This document shows positions 30,700 to 38,825 of a DNA stretch of 39,873 bases, piece by piece (position 1 is the first letter of the stretch; every line of letters begins with the position of its first letter). Location: UHGV virus genome UHGV-0062059; one strand, given 5' to 3'. The position numbers and the translations under genes are program-made. The stretch is from a virus. A model generated the notes under the pieces. That model saw only the letters and a list, made by a program, of their open reading frames with translations, was not told the origin of the DNA and did not search any database.

Positions 30700-30790
30700 A
30701 CTTAAGTTACGAAAGAAAATTTAAGTTTTCTTCAAAAATACTCTTGACCATTAATTAAAGAGATCTTAAATTTAAGCCATCAGCAGGACG
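30700..30790 (+). promoter_or_regulatory. OL/PL region (-35 TTGACC 30744-30749, -10 TAAATT 30767-30772) with operator-like ATTTAAG repeats
   Basis: Promoter hexamers with 17-bp spacing on the + strand upstream of N; operator half-sites resemble those in OR. Confidence 0.55.
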
Positions 30791-30818
30791 CTGGTAGCCA
30801 AACGGAACAGATTGGCAG

Positions 30819-30858
30819 GCTCTTTAACATTGATGGGATTGTCCCGCCGAAATGCGGG
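30819..30858 (+). promoter_or_regulatory. nutL (boxA GGCTCTTTAAC, boxB CCCGCCGAAATGCGGG)
   Basis: Same boxB hairpin as nutR; located in the N leader. Confidence 0.65.
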
Positions 30859-30966
30859 AACCAAAGAGTAGTTGGCTTTGGGGTGACGTGAAGTGCAGCT
30901 GCACGACGGCAACTGGAAGATAAGCACCCGGCGCGTCACCGCCAAAGTCAATCATCGGAGGTCAAC

Positions 30967-31266
30967 ATGACAGTAGTCATTACATATCTGGCTGACGATA
31001 ACGCCAGAAATCGCCGCAGAGCACGCAGACAGGCTCAACGTGAACAGGCAATGCAAGAGCAGCGACTGGCGCGAAAAATTGCGCTAAAGCTCTCTGGTTG
31101 CGTCAGAGCAGATAAAGCAGCATCACTCGGAAGCCTTCGCTGTAAGAAAGCAGAAGAAGTCGAGCATAAACAGAACCGTATTTACTACCGCAAGCCACGC
31201 AGTGAAATGGGTGTGACTTGTGTTGGTCGCCAGAAAATAAAATTAGGCAGCAAACCACTTATTTGA
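30967..31266 (+). CDS. N: N antiterminator (lambda/phage 21-like)
   Basis: 99 aa; Arg-rich N-terminal motif; C-terminus ...YRKPRSEMGVTCVGRQKIKLGSKPLI resembles lambda/21 N; strong RBS GGAGG. Confidence 0.85.
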   Translation: MTVVITYLADDNARNRRRARRQAQREQAMQEQRLARKIALKLSGCVRADKAASLGSLRCKKAEEVEHKQNRIYYRKPRSEMGVTCVGRQKIKLGSKPLI

Positions 31267-31277
31267 GAGGAATTAAT

Positions 31278-31901
31278 ATGTCATCAATCCGCTTAACTAC
31301 GAGAATGAAAGAGGAAATCGCTCGTAACGCTTTAATTAAGTCTGGGGTTTTCACTGAACTTGAAGAAGTAACAAAGTTAAAGAACCAGCTTGCACTTGAC
31401 GCCAGAGTTATTGCGTTTGGCGGTAAAAAGAAAACTGAGGAAGTGGATCAGTTATCATCCAAGTTGGTAGCTATAAGTGAAGAACTTGAAAAGATGGGAT
31501 GTTCATTTTACTCATACGATGTTAGTTCTACTTCAATTTATCTGACTGTATCTGGCAGAAGGGTTGGATGGCATTCATATGGGAAAGACGGCAACGGCGA
31601 AGATATATTGCTCCCTACTCCGACCAAAGATAAATGCATGTTTAGCGCAGAACACGAAATAACAAAAAGGTTTGATGAAATCTGCGCATTGCAACAAAAA
31701 CTTGAAGCCAAGAAAAAGGATATCGAATCAAATGTATGGGCTGCTTTGAACTCAGTCACAACAGTTAAGCGACTTATTGAAGTTTGGCCTGAAAGCAAAG
31801 AATTGCTACCAAAAGAAGCAGATAAAGCAAGTACAGCACTTCCTGCTTTACGGGTAGAAGATTTGAATAAGATGATTGGACTTCCTTCCGAGGCCGCATA
31901 G
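31278..31901 (+). CDS. Hypothetical protein (207 aa) in the N-proximal accessory slot (ral/sieB position)
   Basis: RBS GAGAGGAA; start at MSSIRLTTRMKEEIARNALIK...; no family recognised. Confidence 0.7.
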   Translation: MSSIRLTTRMKEEIARNALIKSGVFTELEEVTKLKNQLALDARVIAFGGKKKTEEVDQLSSKLVAISEELEKMGCSFYSYDVSSTSIYLTVSGRRVGWHSYGKDGNGEDILLPTPTKDKCMFSAEHEITKRFDEICALQQKLEAKKKDIESNVWAALNSVTTVKRLIEVWPESKELLPKEADKASTALPALRVEDLNKMIGLPSEAA

Positions 31902-31918
31902 TCGGCCTTTATTTTTGG
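31892..31918 (+). terminator. Rho-independent terminator (tL1-like)
   Basis: AGGCCG-catagt-CGGCCT followed by TTATTTTT. Confidence 0.6.
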
Positions 31919-31946
31919 CACTAACAACAGAATAAACACTGCACTG

Positions 31947-31974
31947 TGTATTCATTCCAACGAGTGAATACACG
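31947..31974. repeat. Inverted repeat GTGTATTCA-N10-TGAATACAC
   Basis: 9-bp perfect arms seen directly. Confidence 0.5.
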
Positions 31975-32035
31975 GAGCAATGTCGCTCGTAACTAAACAG
32001 GAGCCGACTTGTTCTGATTATTGGAAATCTTCTTT

Positions 32036-32097
32036 GCCCTCCAGTGTGAGGGCCTTTTTATATGCATACCAATAACGCTTCACTCGAGGCGTTTTTC
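32036..32097 (+). terminator. Two tandem terminator-like hairpins (32036-32060 and 32076-32097)
   Basis: GCCCTC-cagtgt-GAGGGC + CTTTTTA; CGCTTC-actc-GAGGCG + TTTTT. Confidence 0.5.
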
Positions 32098-32122
32098 GTT
32101 ATGTATAAATAAGGAGCACACC

Positions 32123-32248
32123 ATGCAATATGCCATTGCAGGGTGGCCTGTTGCTGGCTGCCCTTCCGAATCTTTACTTGAACGAATCACCAGTAAATTA
32201 CGTGACGGATGGAAAAGAGTTGAGGTCTTATTATGCGCAATGAAATAG
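32123..32248 (+). CDS. cIII: CIII-like protein (shortened C-terminus)
   Basis: MQYAIAGWPVAGCPSESLLERITSKLRDGWKR matches the lambda CIII N-terminal region; strong RBS AAGGAG. Confidence 0.8.
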   Translation: MQYAIAGWPVAGCPSESLLERITSKLRDGWKRVEVLLCAMK

Positions 32249-32385
32249 CCATTAATCACCAGATGCTTCGTGCTGCACAGAACAAAGCAGTAATAGCCAG
32301 ATTTATTGGTGATTCAAAAATGTGGCTTGAAGCAAATAAAGCGATGAAATCAGCTATCAACCTTCCGTGGTATCGCAGGAAATGA
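32233..32385 (+). CDS. kil: Kil-like small protein (host division inhibitor), tentative
   Basis: IARFIGDSKMWLEA resembles lambda Kil IATFIGDEKMFREA (from memory); RBS GAGG; overlaps cIII 3' end. Confidence 0.45.
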   Translation: MRNEIAINHQMLRAAQNKAVIARFIGDSKMWLEANKAMKSAINLPWYRRK

Positions 32386-32489
32386 GTTTTACAGATAACT
32401 GGTCAGACGAAGAATTCATTCGTCAGATGAACAAAATGCTCAATCAGCACAAAGAACAGGAGAAAGATGATGATTCTGACTCTGAATGA
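32382..32489 (+). CDS. Possible small acidic ORF (35 aa)
   Basis: ATGA overlap with kil stop; weak support. Confidence 0.3.
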   Translation: MSFTDNWSDEEFIRQMNKMLNQHKEQEKDDDSDSE

Positions 32490-32778
32490 TAAGCGTGAAA
32501 TATCGCAAATAATCGCAAGTTTTACTGATGAAGATTACGAGCGAATCAACAGTGAAGTTGTTCGCCTCTGCAAACGTTGCGACCCAATAAGCGAAATGCT
32601 TCGCTCATATAAACCAGATGAACACACTAAGGACGCTATCGACTGGCTGGAAGATGATGATTGTAACTATCAGGAAAAAGCCGCTGAATGGTTCTGGGAT
32701 GCAATAACCGAAAGAGTTAAGGCTGAATATGCCTTCGCAATATTCAAACGCAGACACATTTATGGAGAAGCAGCATGA
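32467..32778 (+). CDS. Hypothetical protein (103 aa)
   Basis: RBS AGGAG; ATGA overlap with recT start. Confidence 0.6.
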   Translation: MMILTLNDKREISQIIASFTDEDYERINSEVVRLCKRCDPISEMLRSYKPDEHTKDAIDWLEDDDCNYQEKAAEWFWDAITERVKAEYAFAIFKRRHIYGEAA

Positions 32779-33686
32779 GCAATATCGTTGAATTCGTTAA
32801 ACAGCAGGAGCAGTTATTCTGCGGAGCATTGACTGAACAGACGGTGACATGGGCTAAGGAAAGCCAGTTTGCAATTCAGTATTTCCAGAAAAATGATTAC
32901 CTGGCTAAAACAGCACTGGCAAATCCAACCAGCGCACAGAACGCCATCATCAATGTTGCGGCGATCGGCATCACCTTAAACCCTGCAAGCAAACTGGCTT
33001 ATCTGGTTCCGCGCGATGGCATGGTTTGCCTTGATATCAGCTATATGGGATTGCTCCATATTGCAATGGAGTCTGGTGTTATCTCATGGGGTCAGGCAAA
33101 ACTTGTTCATGCTAACGATACCTATGAGTCAAACGGGCTTGATAAAGCACCAACCCATAAATACAACGCCTTCGGTGATCGTGGTGATATCGTTGGCGTT
33201 TACTGCACAGTTAAGACGCCAGCAGGTGATTATCTAACGGAAGAGATGAGTCTGGCTGAAATTGAGGCTGTAAGGAAAACAAGCAAGGCAGCATTCAGCG
33301 ATAAAGGACCATGGGTAAATCACTGGAATGAGATGGCGCGAAAGACGGTCGTAAAGCGTGCAAGCAAGTATTGGCCTAAGGCATCACGTCTTGATAGTGC
33401 TATTCACGTACTAAACGAAGAAGAAGGTGTGTGGACTGAACCAGTTATGCCGCATAAATCAGAGGAAGATATCCGCGAAGATGAACGGAAACGCCAGCAG
33501 GAAATAACGGAAAAAGCACAACTTCTTTGTGATGAAATGGCTCAGGCTGAAAACATGGATGATTTGAAGAGATATTTTGCAGAAGCATATCGCCTGACAT
33601 CTGGAATGAAATTGCAGCAGAACGTACAAGCCATTTACATAGAATGCAAAGCGAAACTGGAGGTTGCCAGTGAGCAAACTATATGA
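32775..33686 (+). CDS. recT: RecT-family single-strand annealing protein
   Basis: 303 aa; RecT-like core; sits in the recombination slot of the early-left operon. Confidence 0.85.
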   Translation: MSNIVEFVKQQEQLFCGALTEQTVTWAKESQFAIQYFQKNDYLAKTALANPTSAQNAIINVAAIGITLNPASKLAYLVPRDGMVCLDISYMGLLHIAMESGVISWGQAKLVHANDTYESNGLDKAPTHKYNAFGDRGDIVGVYCTVKTPAGDYLTEEMSLAEIEAVRKTSKAAFSDKGPWVNHWNEMARKTVVKRASKYWPKASRLDSAIHVLNEEEGVWTEPVMPHKSEEDIREDERKRQQEITEKAQLLCDEMAQAENMDDLKRYFAEAYRLTSGMKLQQNVQAIYIECKAKLEVASEQTI

Positions 33687-34152
33687 AATTGCCAATGAAT
33701 ACGCAAAATTGATGGATTCAGATTTAGAACCAGAGATGATTGCTGACACAATAGAAGGCATGGAAGGAGAATTTACCGATAAAATAGAACAACTTCTTTC
33801 CGTCATTAAAAATGAATCTGGTTATGCCGAACGCCTCAAGGAAGAGGCAAAGTCACTGAATGAGCGAGCCGCAGTAATTCAAAATAAGATTGACAGCATC
33901 AAATCATATATAGCGTCATCGCTTGAAATGGTTGGCAAGAAAAATATTCGAGCAGGTATTCACCAGGTAACAATCCGCAAACCGTCAGAAATTGTAGAAA
34001 TAATCGACTCAAGCGCCCTTCCTCCTGAATACGTTGAGTTTGAAACGACAATTAAAGCCGACAAACTGGCAATCAAGCACCAACTAAAAGCAGGAATAAA
34101 TATTCCCGGTGCTCAACTCAAGGTTGGGAAACCTTCACTTCTTATCAAATAA
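33670..34152 (+). CDS. Gp157-family / Gam-like protein (SSAP-associated), tentative
   Basis: GTG start after GGAGG RBS; coiled-coil N-terminus (LYEIANEYAKLMDSDLEPEMIADTIEGMEGEF...); family assignment from memory. Confidence 0.55.
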   Translation: MSKLYEIANEYAKLMDSDLEPEMIADTIEGMEGEFTDKIEQLLSVIKNESGYAERLKEEAKSLNERAAVIQNKIDSIKSYIASSLEMVGKKNIRAGIHQVTIRKPSEIVEIIDSSALPPEYVEFETTIKADKLAIKHQLKAGINIPGAQLKVGKPSLLIK

Positions 34153-34163
34153 CGGTATCGCCT

Positions 34164-34478
34164 ATGAAAAAGACTCCATGGGAGAAATGGGAAGTCGATT
34201 TCTTGCGCGAAGTATCGGCGACAATGCCAGTTGAAGTTATTGCTGAAAAACTGGAAAGGACTGAAAAAGCAGTTATGGCGAAAGCAACAAGGATTGGCGC
34301 TGACATTGTTAGCCGACTTCGTGGAAGACGCTGGACAAGAGCAGAAGTATCACTTTTCGGTAAGTTCTCCGCAGAAGAAATAGCAATTGCAACCTGCCGC
34401 TCAATTTATTCAGTAAGGGCTATGCGATACAAGCTAAAAAAACTCGATGAAGAAAGAGCAGGCATACGAATAAATTAA
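34164..34478 (+). CDS. Hypothetical protein with two Myb/SANT-like repeats (possible DNA-binding)
   Basis: 104 aa; repeated W/R...E..F...EE..I pattern. Confidence 0.6.
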   Translation: MKKTPWEKWEVDFLREVSATMPVEVIAEKLERTEKAVMAKATRIGADIVSRLRGRRWTRAEVSLFGKFSAEEIAIATCRSIYSVRAMRYKLKKLDEERAGIRIN

Positions 34479-34494
34479 CATGGAATAATTAACA

Positions 34495-34776
34495 ATGAAG
34501 CTAAACATCGACCTCGGCAAATACGTTATCACCGGAACCAAACACGATCTGATTCTTAGCGAAAGAGGAATTATCAAAGAAGGCGAGAATGCAGGGAAAG
34601 AAACACTAAGTCGTATCGGTTATTACAGCAAGTTTGAGCATCTGGTTAAAGAGTTATGCAACCGTGAAATCCTGTTATCTCAGGCGCAGACGCTACAGGA
34701 TATTCAGCAGCATATCGAGACTTTAGGTGTGTCACTTAGCATGGCTATTGACCAGTTCGTTGAGAGTAAATCATGA
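34495..34776 (+). CDS. Hypothetical protein (93 aa)
   Basis: Uninterrupted ORF in operon context. Confidence 0.55.
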   Translation: MKLNIDLGKYVITGTKHDLILSERGIIKEGENAGKETLSRIGYYSKFEHLVKELCNREILLSQAQTLQDIQQHIETLGVSLSMAIDQFVESKS

Positions 34777-34937
34777 GAGGACTTGCATACAATCCCGGCA
34801 TTCTTCCGGCAGAAATGATTATTCGCCAACGCGTAAAGCCAATGCCATCGAGAGAGGAATTACTTAAGCAAAACTCGTTTCCATCAGTGAATCAAAACAA
34901 ATATCTGAATGCGATGTGGCGGAGTGGGAAGAAATGA
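34773..34937 (+). CDS. Possible small ORF (54 aa)
   Basis: ATGA overlaps at both ends; manual translation. Confidence 0.35.
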   Translation: MRGLAYNPGILPAEMIIRQRVKPMPSREELLKQNSFPSVNQNKYLNAMWRSGKK

Positions 34938-35464
34938 AACAAATGTCACTAATTGAGATGGATGGTTTTCTGAAAGGTAAATGCATCCCACGAGATTTAA
35001 AGGTTAACGAAACAAACGCTGAATATCTGGTGCGTAAATTTGCTGAAGCGGAGGCCAAGATTTCGGCTCTGTCCGAAGACCACCAGAAAGCGATTGAGTC
35101 AATTAAGCAGGCTGATGCAGCTGTTAAGTTGGCACACGAGAAGTTTTCGGCGCTGGCGGCGGAGAATGCGGCAATGCATGAAGCTATTGAAGCCGTTCGG
35201 AGTGTTGCGGATAACTCCAGTGGAATTGCCGGATGGCATTTGAATGGCGATATCGCTACATGGGAAGAGATTCTTCCTGAAATTAACGATATCGAAACCC
35301 AAGCCACCGACGCTTTCCTGGCTGAAATTGAACGCAAAGCAATCCGCAAGTTCATTAACAGCATTGAACACATCCTGCGTGACAAGTTGTCACCGTATGA
35401 CACCGAAGAGATGCTTGAGGCTATGCGTATTTTTCTGGAAGAACAGGGCGGTGAGCAAAAATGA
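34934..35464 (+). CDS. Hypothetical coiled-coil protein (ea-region)
   Basis: Start set at [12 protein letters not shown] (ATGA overlap); Ala/Glu-rich helical. Confidence 0.6.
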   Translation: MKQMSLIEMDGFLKGKCIPRDLKVNETNAEYLVRKFAEAEAKISALSEDHQKAIESIKQADAAVKLAHEKFSALAAENAAMHEAIEAVRSVADNSSGIAGWHLNGDIATWEEILPEINDIETQATDAFLAEIERKAIRKFINSIEHILRDKLSPYDTEEMLEAMRIFLEEQGGEQK

Positions 35465-35763
35465 CAATCACAAAACAACGAGTAGGAAAAATCATATATC
35501 GCCATGAAATGGGACTGAACAGCGATGTCACTGCCGAAGAGGTTTATGACCTGGCTGTACTGGCGCTGAATTTATCAAATATCGCAAACCTGAAGCGATA
35601 CGAGCTTGATATGGATGGTTGTGACTCGTGCGGTCAGGATTGTGGCGCTGACATGACTGAAGATTCTGATGGCGATTATGTCCTGTTTGATGACGTGGTT
35701 AAGTTGTTTGAGCTTGATACATTCGAAAGCCCAGCAAAGGAGGCAACCAGTGATCAAAATTAA
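35461..35763 (+). CDS. Hypothetical acidic protein (100 aa)
   Basis: ATGA overlap with upstream gene. Confidence 0.55.
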   Translation: MTITKQRVGKIIYRHEMGLNSDVTAEEVYDLAVLALNLSNIANLKRYELDMDGCDSCGQDCGADMTEDSDGDYVLFDDVVKLFELDTFESPAKEATSDQN

Positions 35764-36478
35764 CTATCATGCACTGCGTGAAGCGGCAGAGAAAGCCGGT
35801 GAAGATAAGTGGCAGGCTAAAAAAATAAATGGTGATTTTTTCGTTATTCGTCACGGTAGTTATACAAGACAGCATGGCTACACATCGTATCAACCCATTG
35901 CGGAGATTGATTGTAAGCCAGTCCGGGATTTTGTTGCCAAGGCTAATCCGGCTACCGTGCTTGCACTGCTGGATGAACGGGAAAGAAACCAGCAATACAT
36001 CAAACGCCGCGACCAGGAGAACGAGGATATTGCGCTAACGGTAGGGAAGCTGCGTGTTGAGCTTGAGGAGACAAAATCAAAACTCAACGAGCAGCGTGAG
36101 TATTACGAAGGTGTTATCTCGGATGGAAGTAATCGTATTGCTGAACTGGAGAAAAGCGAAGAGCAACTCATCAATGAGCGTGACCATGCTGAGTCTGCTT
36201 TAGCTGATATGTACTTTGCAGCAACCGGGGACAGACCGGAGTGGAGTAACTGGTTCGGCTTTTCAGATGCTGTCGATGCCGTGGTTGACAGAATTGCTGA
36301 TTTAGAAGCTAAACAGCCATCGCCAGTAGTACCGGAAGGACTGGTTAAAGCAGTGCGCTTCTATGAACAGGTTAAGCGTGAAAATCCGTCAGTCGAAACC
36401 GGAGCATGGAAAGACGCTATTGACTGGGTGCTCAAAGAGGCTTGCCAGGCTGTAAATATAGGCATCAAAGGAGAGTGA
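35750..36478 (+). CDS. Hypothetical protein, Ea22-like coiled-coil type (242 aa, GTG start)
   Basis: RBS AAGGAGG 6 nt before GTG at 35750; the ORF-track upstream extension overlaps the previous gene. Confidence 0.6.
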   Translation: MIKINYHALREAAEKAGEDKWQAKKINGDFFVIRHGSYTRQHGYTSYQPIAEIDCKPVRDFVAKANPATVLALLDERERNQQYIKRRDQENEDIALTVGKLRVELEETKSKLNEQREYYEGVISDGSNRIAELEKSEEQLINERDHAESALADMYFAATGDRPEWSNWFGFSDAVDAVVDRIADLEAKQPSPVVPEGLVKAVRFYEQVKRENPSVETGAWKDAIDWVLKEACQAVNIGIKGE

Positions 36479-36479
36479 T

Positions 36480-36767
36480 ATGGCAACTTTGCAGGAATTA
36501 ATCGACCTGACGCCAGAACAGGAAAAAGCGTGGAATCGCCTTGTGAAGGCTGTAAAGGATTTCAGGGCAGCCGGAGGAAAGTTTTATAGCGTCCTGGACA
36601 CGCTGAGCGCATACAACGGCGAGCACGTTGCCAGCATTGATAACGATAAGGGCTACCACACTGCAAGCGTCTATATGCCTAGCATTGATGCGCCAGGGCT
36701 AACCAGTTGGGCTGATGATTGGCACGGCATCACGCTGAAAGATGGCGTTGAAGTGGATGAGGACTAA
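36480..36767 (+). CDS. Hypothetical protein (95 aa)
   Basis: Tight operon spacing. Confidence 0.55.
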   Translation: MATLQELIDLTPEQEKAWNRLVKAVKDFRAAGGKFYSVLDTLSAYNGEHVASIDNDKGYHTASVYMPSIDAPGLTSWADDWHGITLKDGVEVDED

Positions 36768-36770
36768 CAC

Positions 36771-37769
36771 ATGACTACTTTTACCGACAAAGAACTGATT
36801 AAAGAAATCAGAGAGCGAATCGGCAGCCTGGACGTGCGAGACAATATTGAGCGCCTGGCTTATGAAATTGCTCTGGCATCGCTGGAAGCAGAGCCTGTTC
36901 TGTATCAGTCCTGCACTCGCCCCACCTGGAATAGCGGTGTTCCGTGGACGGAATGGAAAGAACGTAGTCGTGAGTGCTACGAAGACGATTTGCGTTTTAC
37001 AGACACGCCTGACCATGCCGGTTGGATATACAAATGTCGAAAACTATATACCACTCCGCCAGCGCCGATAGCGTTAGAGGCCATTGAAAACGCAATTGAA
37101 TACATTCGTAGTATCGCTTTTCACATCGATGAAGACGATTACCACGGCAAACATATTGCGTATTTCATGCGACAAGCATTGGCCTGGCTGGAAGGGCATT
37201 CATGCAGCGACGACAGACTGGGTAAAGCCGACAATCAACCAGTACGCGGCAACCAGGCTGCCGAATCCAATCGCGGTAATGAGTGGACCGGCAATCCTGA
37301 TATTGATAACGCAATCATCATGCTCGACCGCATAGATACGGCGGAAAGTTACGATGATGACCGTATTGAGGCTGTTAAGGCTGTTTTGCGTAGACTGGCA
37401 GGCAACTATCCGGATATTCCGGATGGTTTATCCACGGTATGCGCTGAGGCTTATCAGGTTGTAGGAGTTATGGCAGATGCGCTTGGTGTATTCGGTGATG
37501 CAGCAGTACAGAAAGTTCTGGATAACCTGTCACAGCAAAAACTTGTTCACAGAGATGTGCTGCCGTTCTCGCTTCCGGTGACTCCGGATGGTTGGATAAG
37601 CTGTAGTGAGCGAATGCCCCCTCAAGATGATTGGATTTTAATTTATTCAAAGCACGGCGAGTATATGGCAGGACAGGTACAAGGGGAATACGTGGAGTTG
37701 AGCGACGGCACTTTATCGTGGTTAGGGAACGCCTTGTTCTGGATGCCGCTACCAGAACCTCCACTTTGA
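36771..37769 (+). CDS. Hypothetical protein with C-terminal DUF551-like domain (Eaa-type)
   Basis: C-terminal DGWISCSERMPPQDDWILIY...WMPLPEPP is typical of DUF551 prophage proteins as recalled. Confidence 0.7.
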   Translation: MTTFTDKELIKEIRERIGSLDVRDNIERLAYEIALASLEAEPVLYQSCTRPTWNSGVPWTEWKERSRECYEDDLRFTDTPDHAGWIYKCRKLYTTPPAPIALEAIENAIEYIRSIAFHIDEDDYHGKHIAYFMRQALAWLEGHSCSDDRLGKADNQPVRGNQAAESNRGNEWTGNPDIDNAIIMLDRIDTAESYDDDRIEAVKAVLRRLAGNYPDIPDGLSTVCAEAYQVVGVMADALGVFGDAAVQKVLDNLSQQKLVHRDVLPFSLPVTPDGWISCSERMPPQDDWILIYSKHGEYMAGQVQGEYVELSDGTLSWLGNALFWMPLPEPPL

Positions 37770-37865
37770 AAGCGAAGCTTATACATATCTTTTACATCAG
37801 CAATCTATTGTTAATCTCCAATCAATGTTACGTTGTCATCTCACTCATGCTTTGGAGGTAGTGAT

Positions 37866-38045
37866 ATGTCTTGTCCAAAATGCGGTTCTGGAAATATTGC
37901 AAAAGAAAAAACAATGCGTGGATGGTCTGGTGATTATGTGTGCTGCGATTGCGGATACAACGACTCTAAAGACGCATTTGGAGAGCGTGGTAAAAACGAG
38001 TTTGTTAAAATTAATAAAGAACGCGAAGGCAACGAAAAAAGCTAA
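37866..38045 (+). CDS. Small zinc-ribbon protein (59 aa)
   Basis: RBS GGAGG; CPKCGS...CCDCG. Confidence 0.55.
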   Translation: MSCPKCGSGNIAKEKTMRGWSGDYVCCDCGYNDSKDAFGERGKNEFVKINKEREGNEKS

Positions 38046-38109
38046 TTTATTTATTCATATATGAAAACAATGTAACCAATATTCGAATTGAAGAACTGAA
38101 AGAACACCA

Positions 38110-38133
38110 AGCCGCCTGATGGCGGTTTTTTTA
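38110..38133 (+). terminator. Rho-independent terminator
   Basis: CCGCC-tgat-GGCGG followed by TTTTTTTTA. Confidence 0.6.
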
Positions 38134-38146
38134 TTGGAGACAAGAA

Positions 38147-38491
38147 ATGTCAGATTTGGCTATGAAGGTTTTGAAATGGCAATCGACTGGCGATGTTGGC
38201 ATCAGTAGCGCAACTCTTGCCTCAATCGCATGTGGACTGAAAAAGAATATCTATGGTCATCACTTCGGCGCTCCCCATGACGCAGCCGATTTCAGACGAT
38301 GCGTTGCACTTGTTGAGCAGATTCCAGAAATCAGAGATTCATTCAACAAGGTTGCAAAGCGCGTTCCAGCATTCAAAGGAATCCTCAACGAATGGGATTC
38401 CCTCGTTGCTCTGTTGAAGTCTGAAATGAAGATACACGGAAACAAAGCACCAGAGACTTACAGAAGAATCAGCGAGCTACGCAAGGACTAA
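38147..38491 (+). CDS. Hypothetical protein (114 aa)
   Basis: RBS GGAGA; follows a terminator. Confidence 0.6.
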   Translation: MSDLAMKVLKWQSTGDVGISSATLASIACGLKKNIYGHHFGAPHDAADFRRCVALVEQIPEIRDSFNKVAKRVPAFKGILNEWDSLVALLKSEMKIHGNKAPETYRRISELRKD

Positions 38492-38558
38492 CCATGGAAT
38501 CACACAGCCTCAAACCCAATGAGGCCTGTTCATTTCTCAAGATATCCAGACCTACCAT

Positions 38559-38600
38559 TGCCGCATCAATGCGGCTTTTCTTGCGTGTAATTGCGGAGAC
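38559..38600 (+). promoter_or_regulatory. Hairpin + PI-type CII-dependent int promoter (TTGC-N6-TTGC at 38581-38594)
   Basis: GCCGCA-tcaa-TGCGGC-TTTTCTTGCGTGTAATTGCGGAG, as in lambda upstream of and into xis. Confidence 0.65.
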
Positions 38601-38606
38601 TTTGCG

Positions 38607-38825
38607 ATGTACTTGACACTTCAGGAGTGGAACGCACGCCAGCGACGCCCAAGAAGCCTTGAAACAGTTCGTCGATGGGTACGCGAGTGCAGGATATTCC
38701 CTCCTCCGGTTAAGGATGGAAGAGAGTATCTGTTCCACGAATCAGCGGTAAAGGTTGACTTAAATCGACCAGTAACAGGTAGCCTTTTGAAGAGGATCAG
38801 AAATGGGAAGAAGGCGAAGTCATGA
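38607..38825 (+). CDS. xis: Excisionase (lambda Xis)
   Basis: 72 aa, near-identical to lambda Xis. Confidence 0.95.
   Translation: MYLTLQEWNARQRRPRSLETVRRWVRECRIFPPPVKDGREYLFHESAVKVDLNRPVTGSLLKRIRNGKKAKS

Noticed and set aside
31218..31277. Upstream extension of the 207-aa gene (track start 31218)
   Set aside because: It overlaps the N 3' end; RBS supports ATG at 31278.
34864..35505. 213-aa minus-strand ORF
   Set aside because: Antisense to a well-supported + strand gene; Cys/Ser/Ala-rich low-complexity product.
35669..35749. Upstream extension of the Ea22-like ORF
   Set aside because: It overlaps the preceding gene; AAGGAGG RBS supports GTG at 35750.
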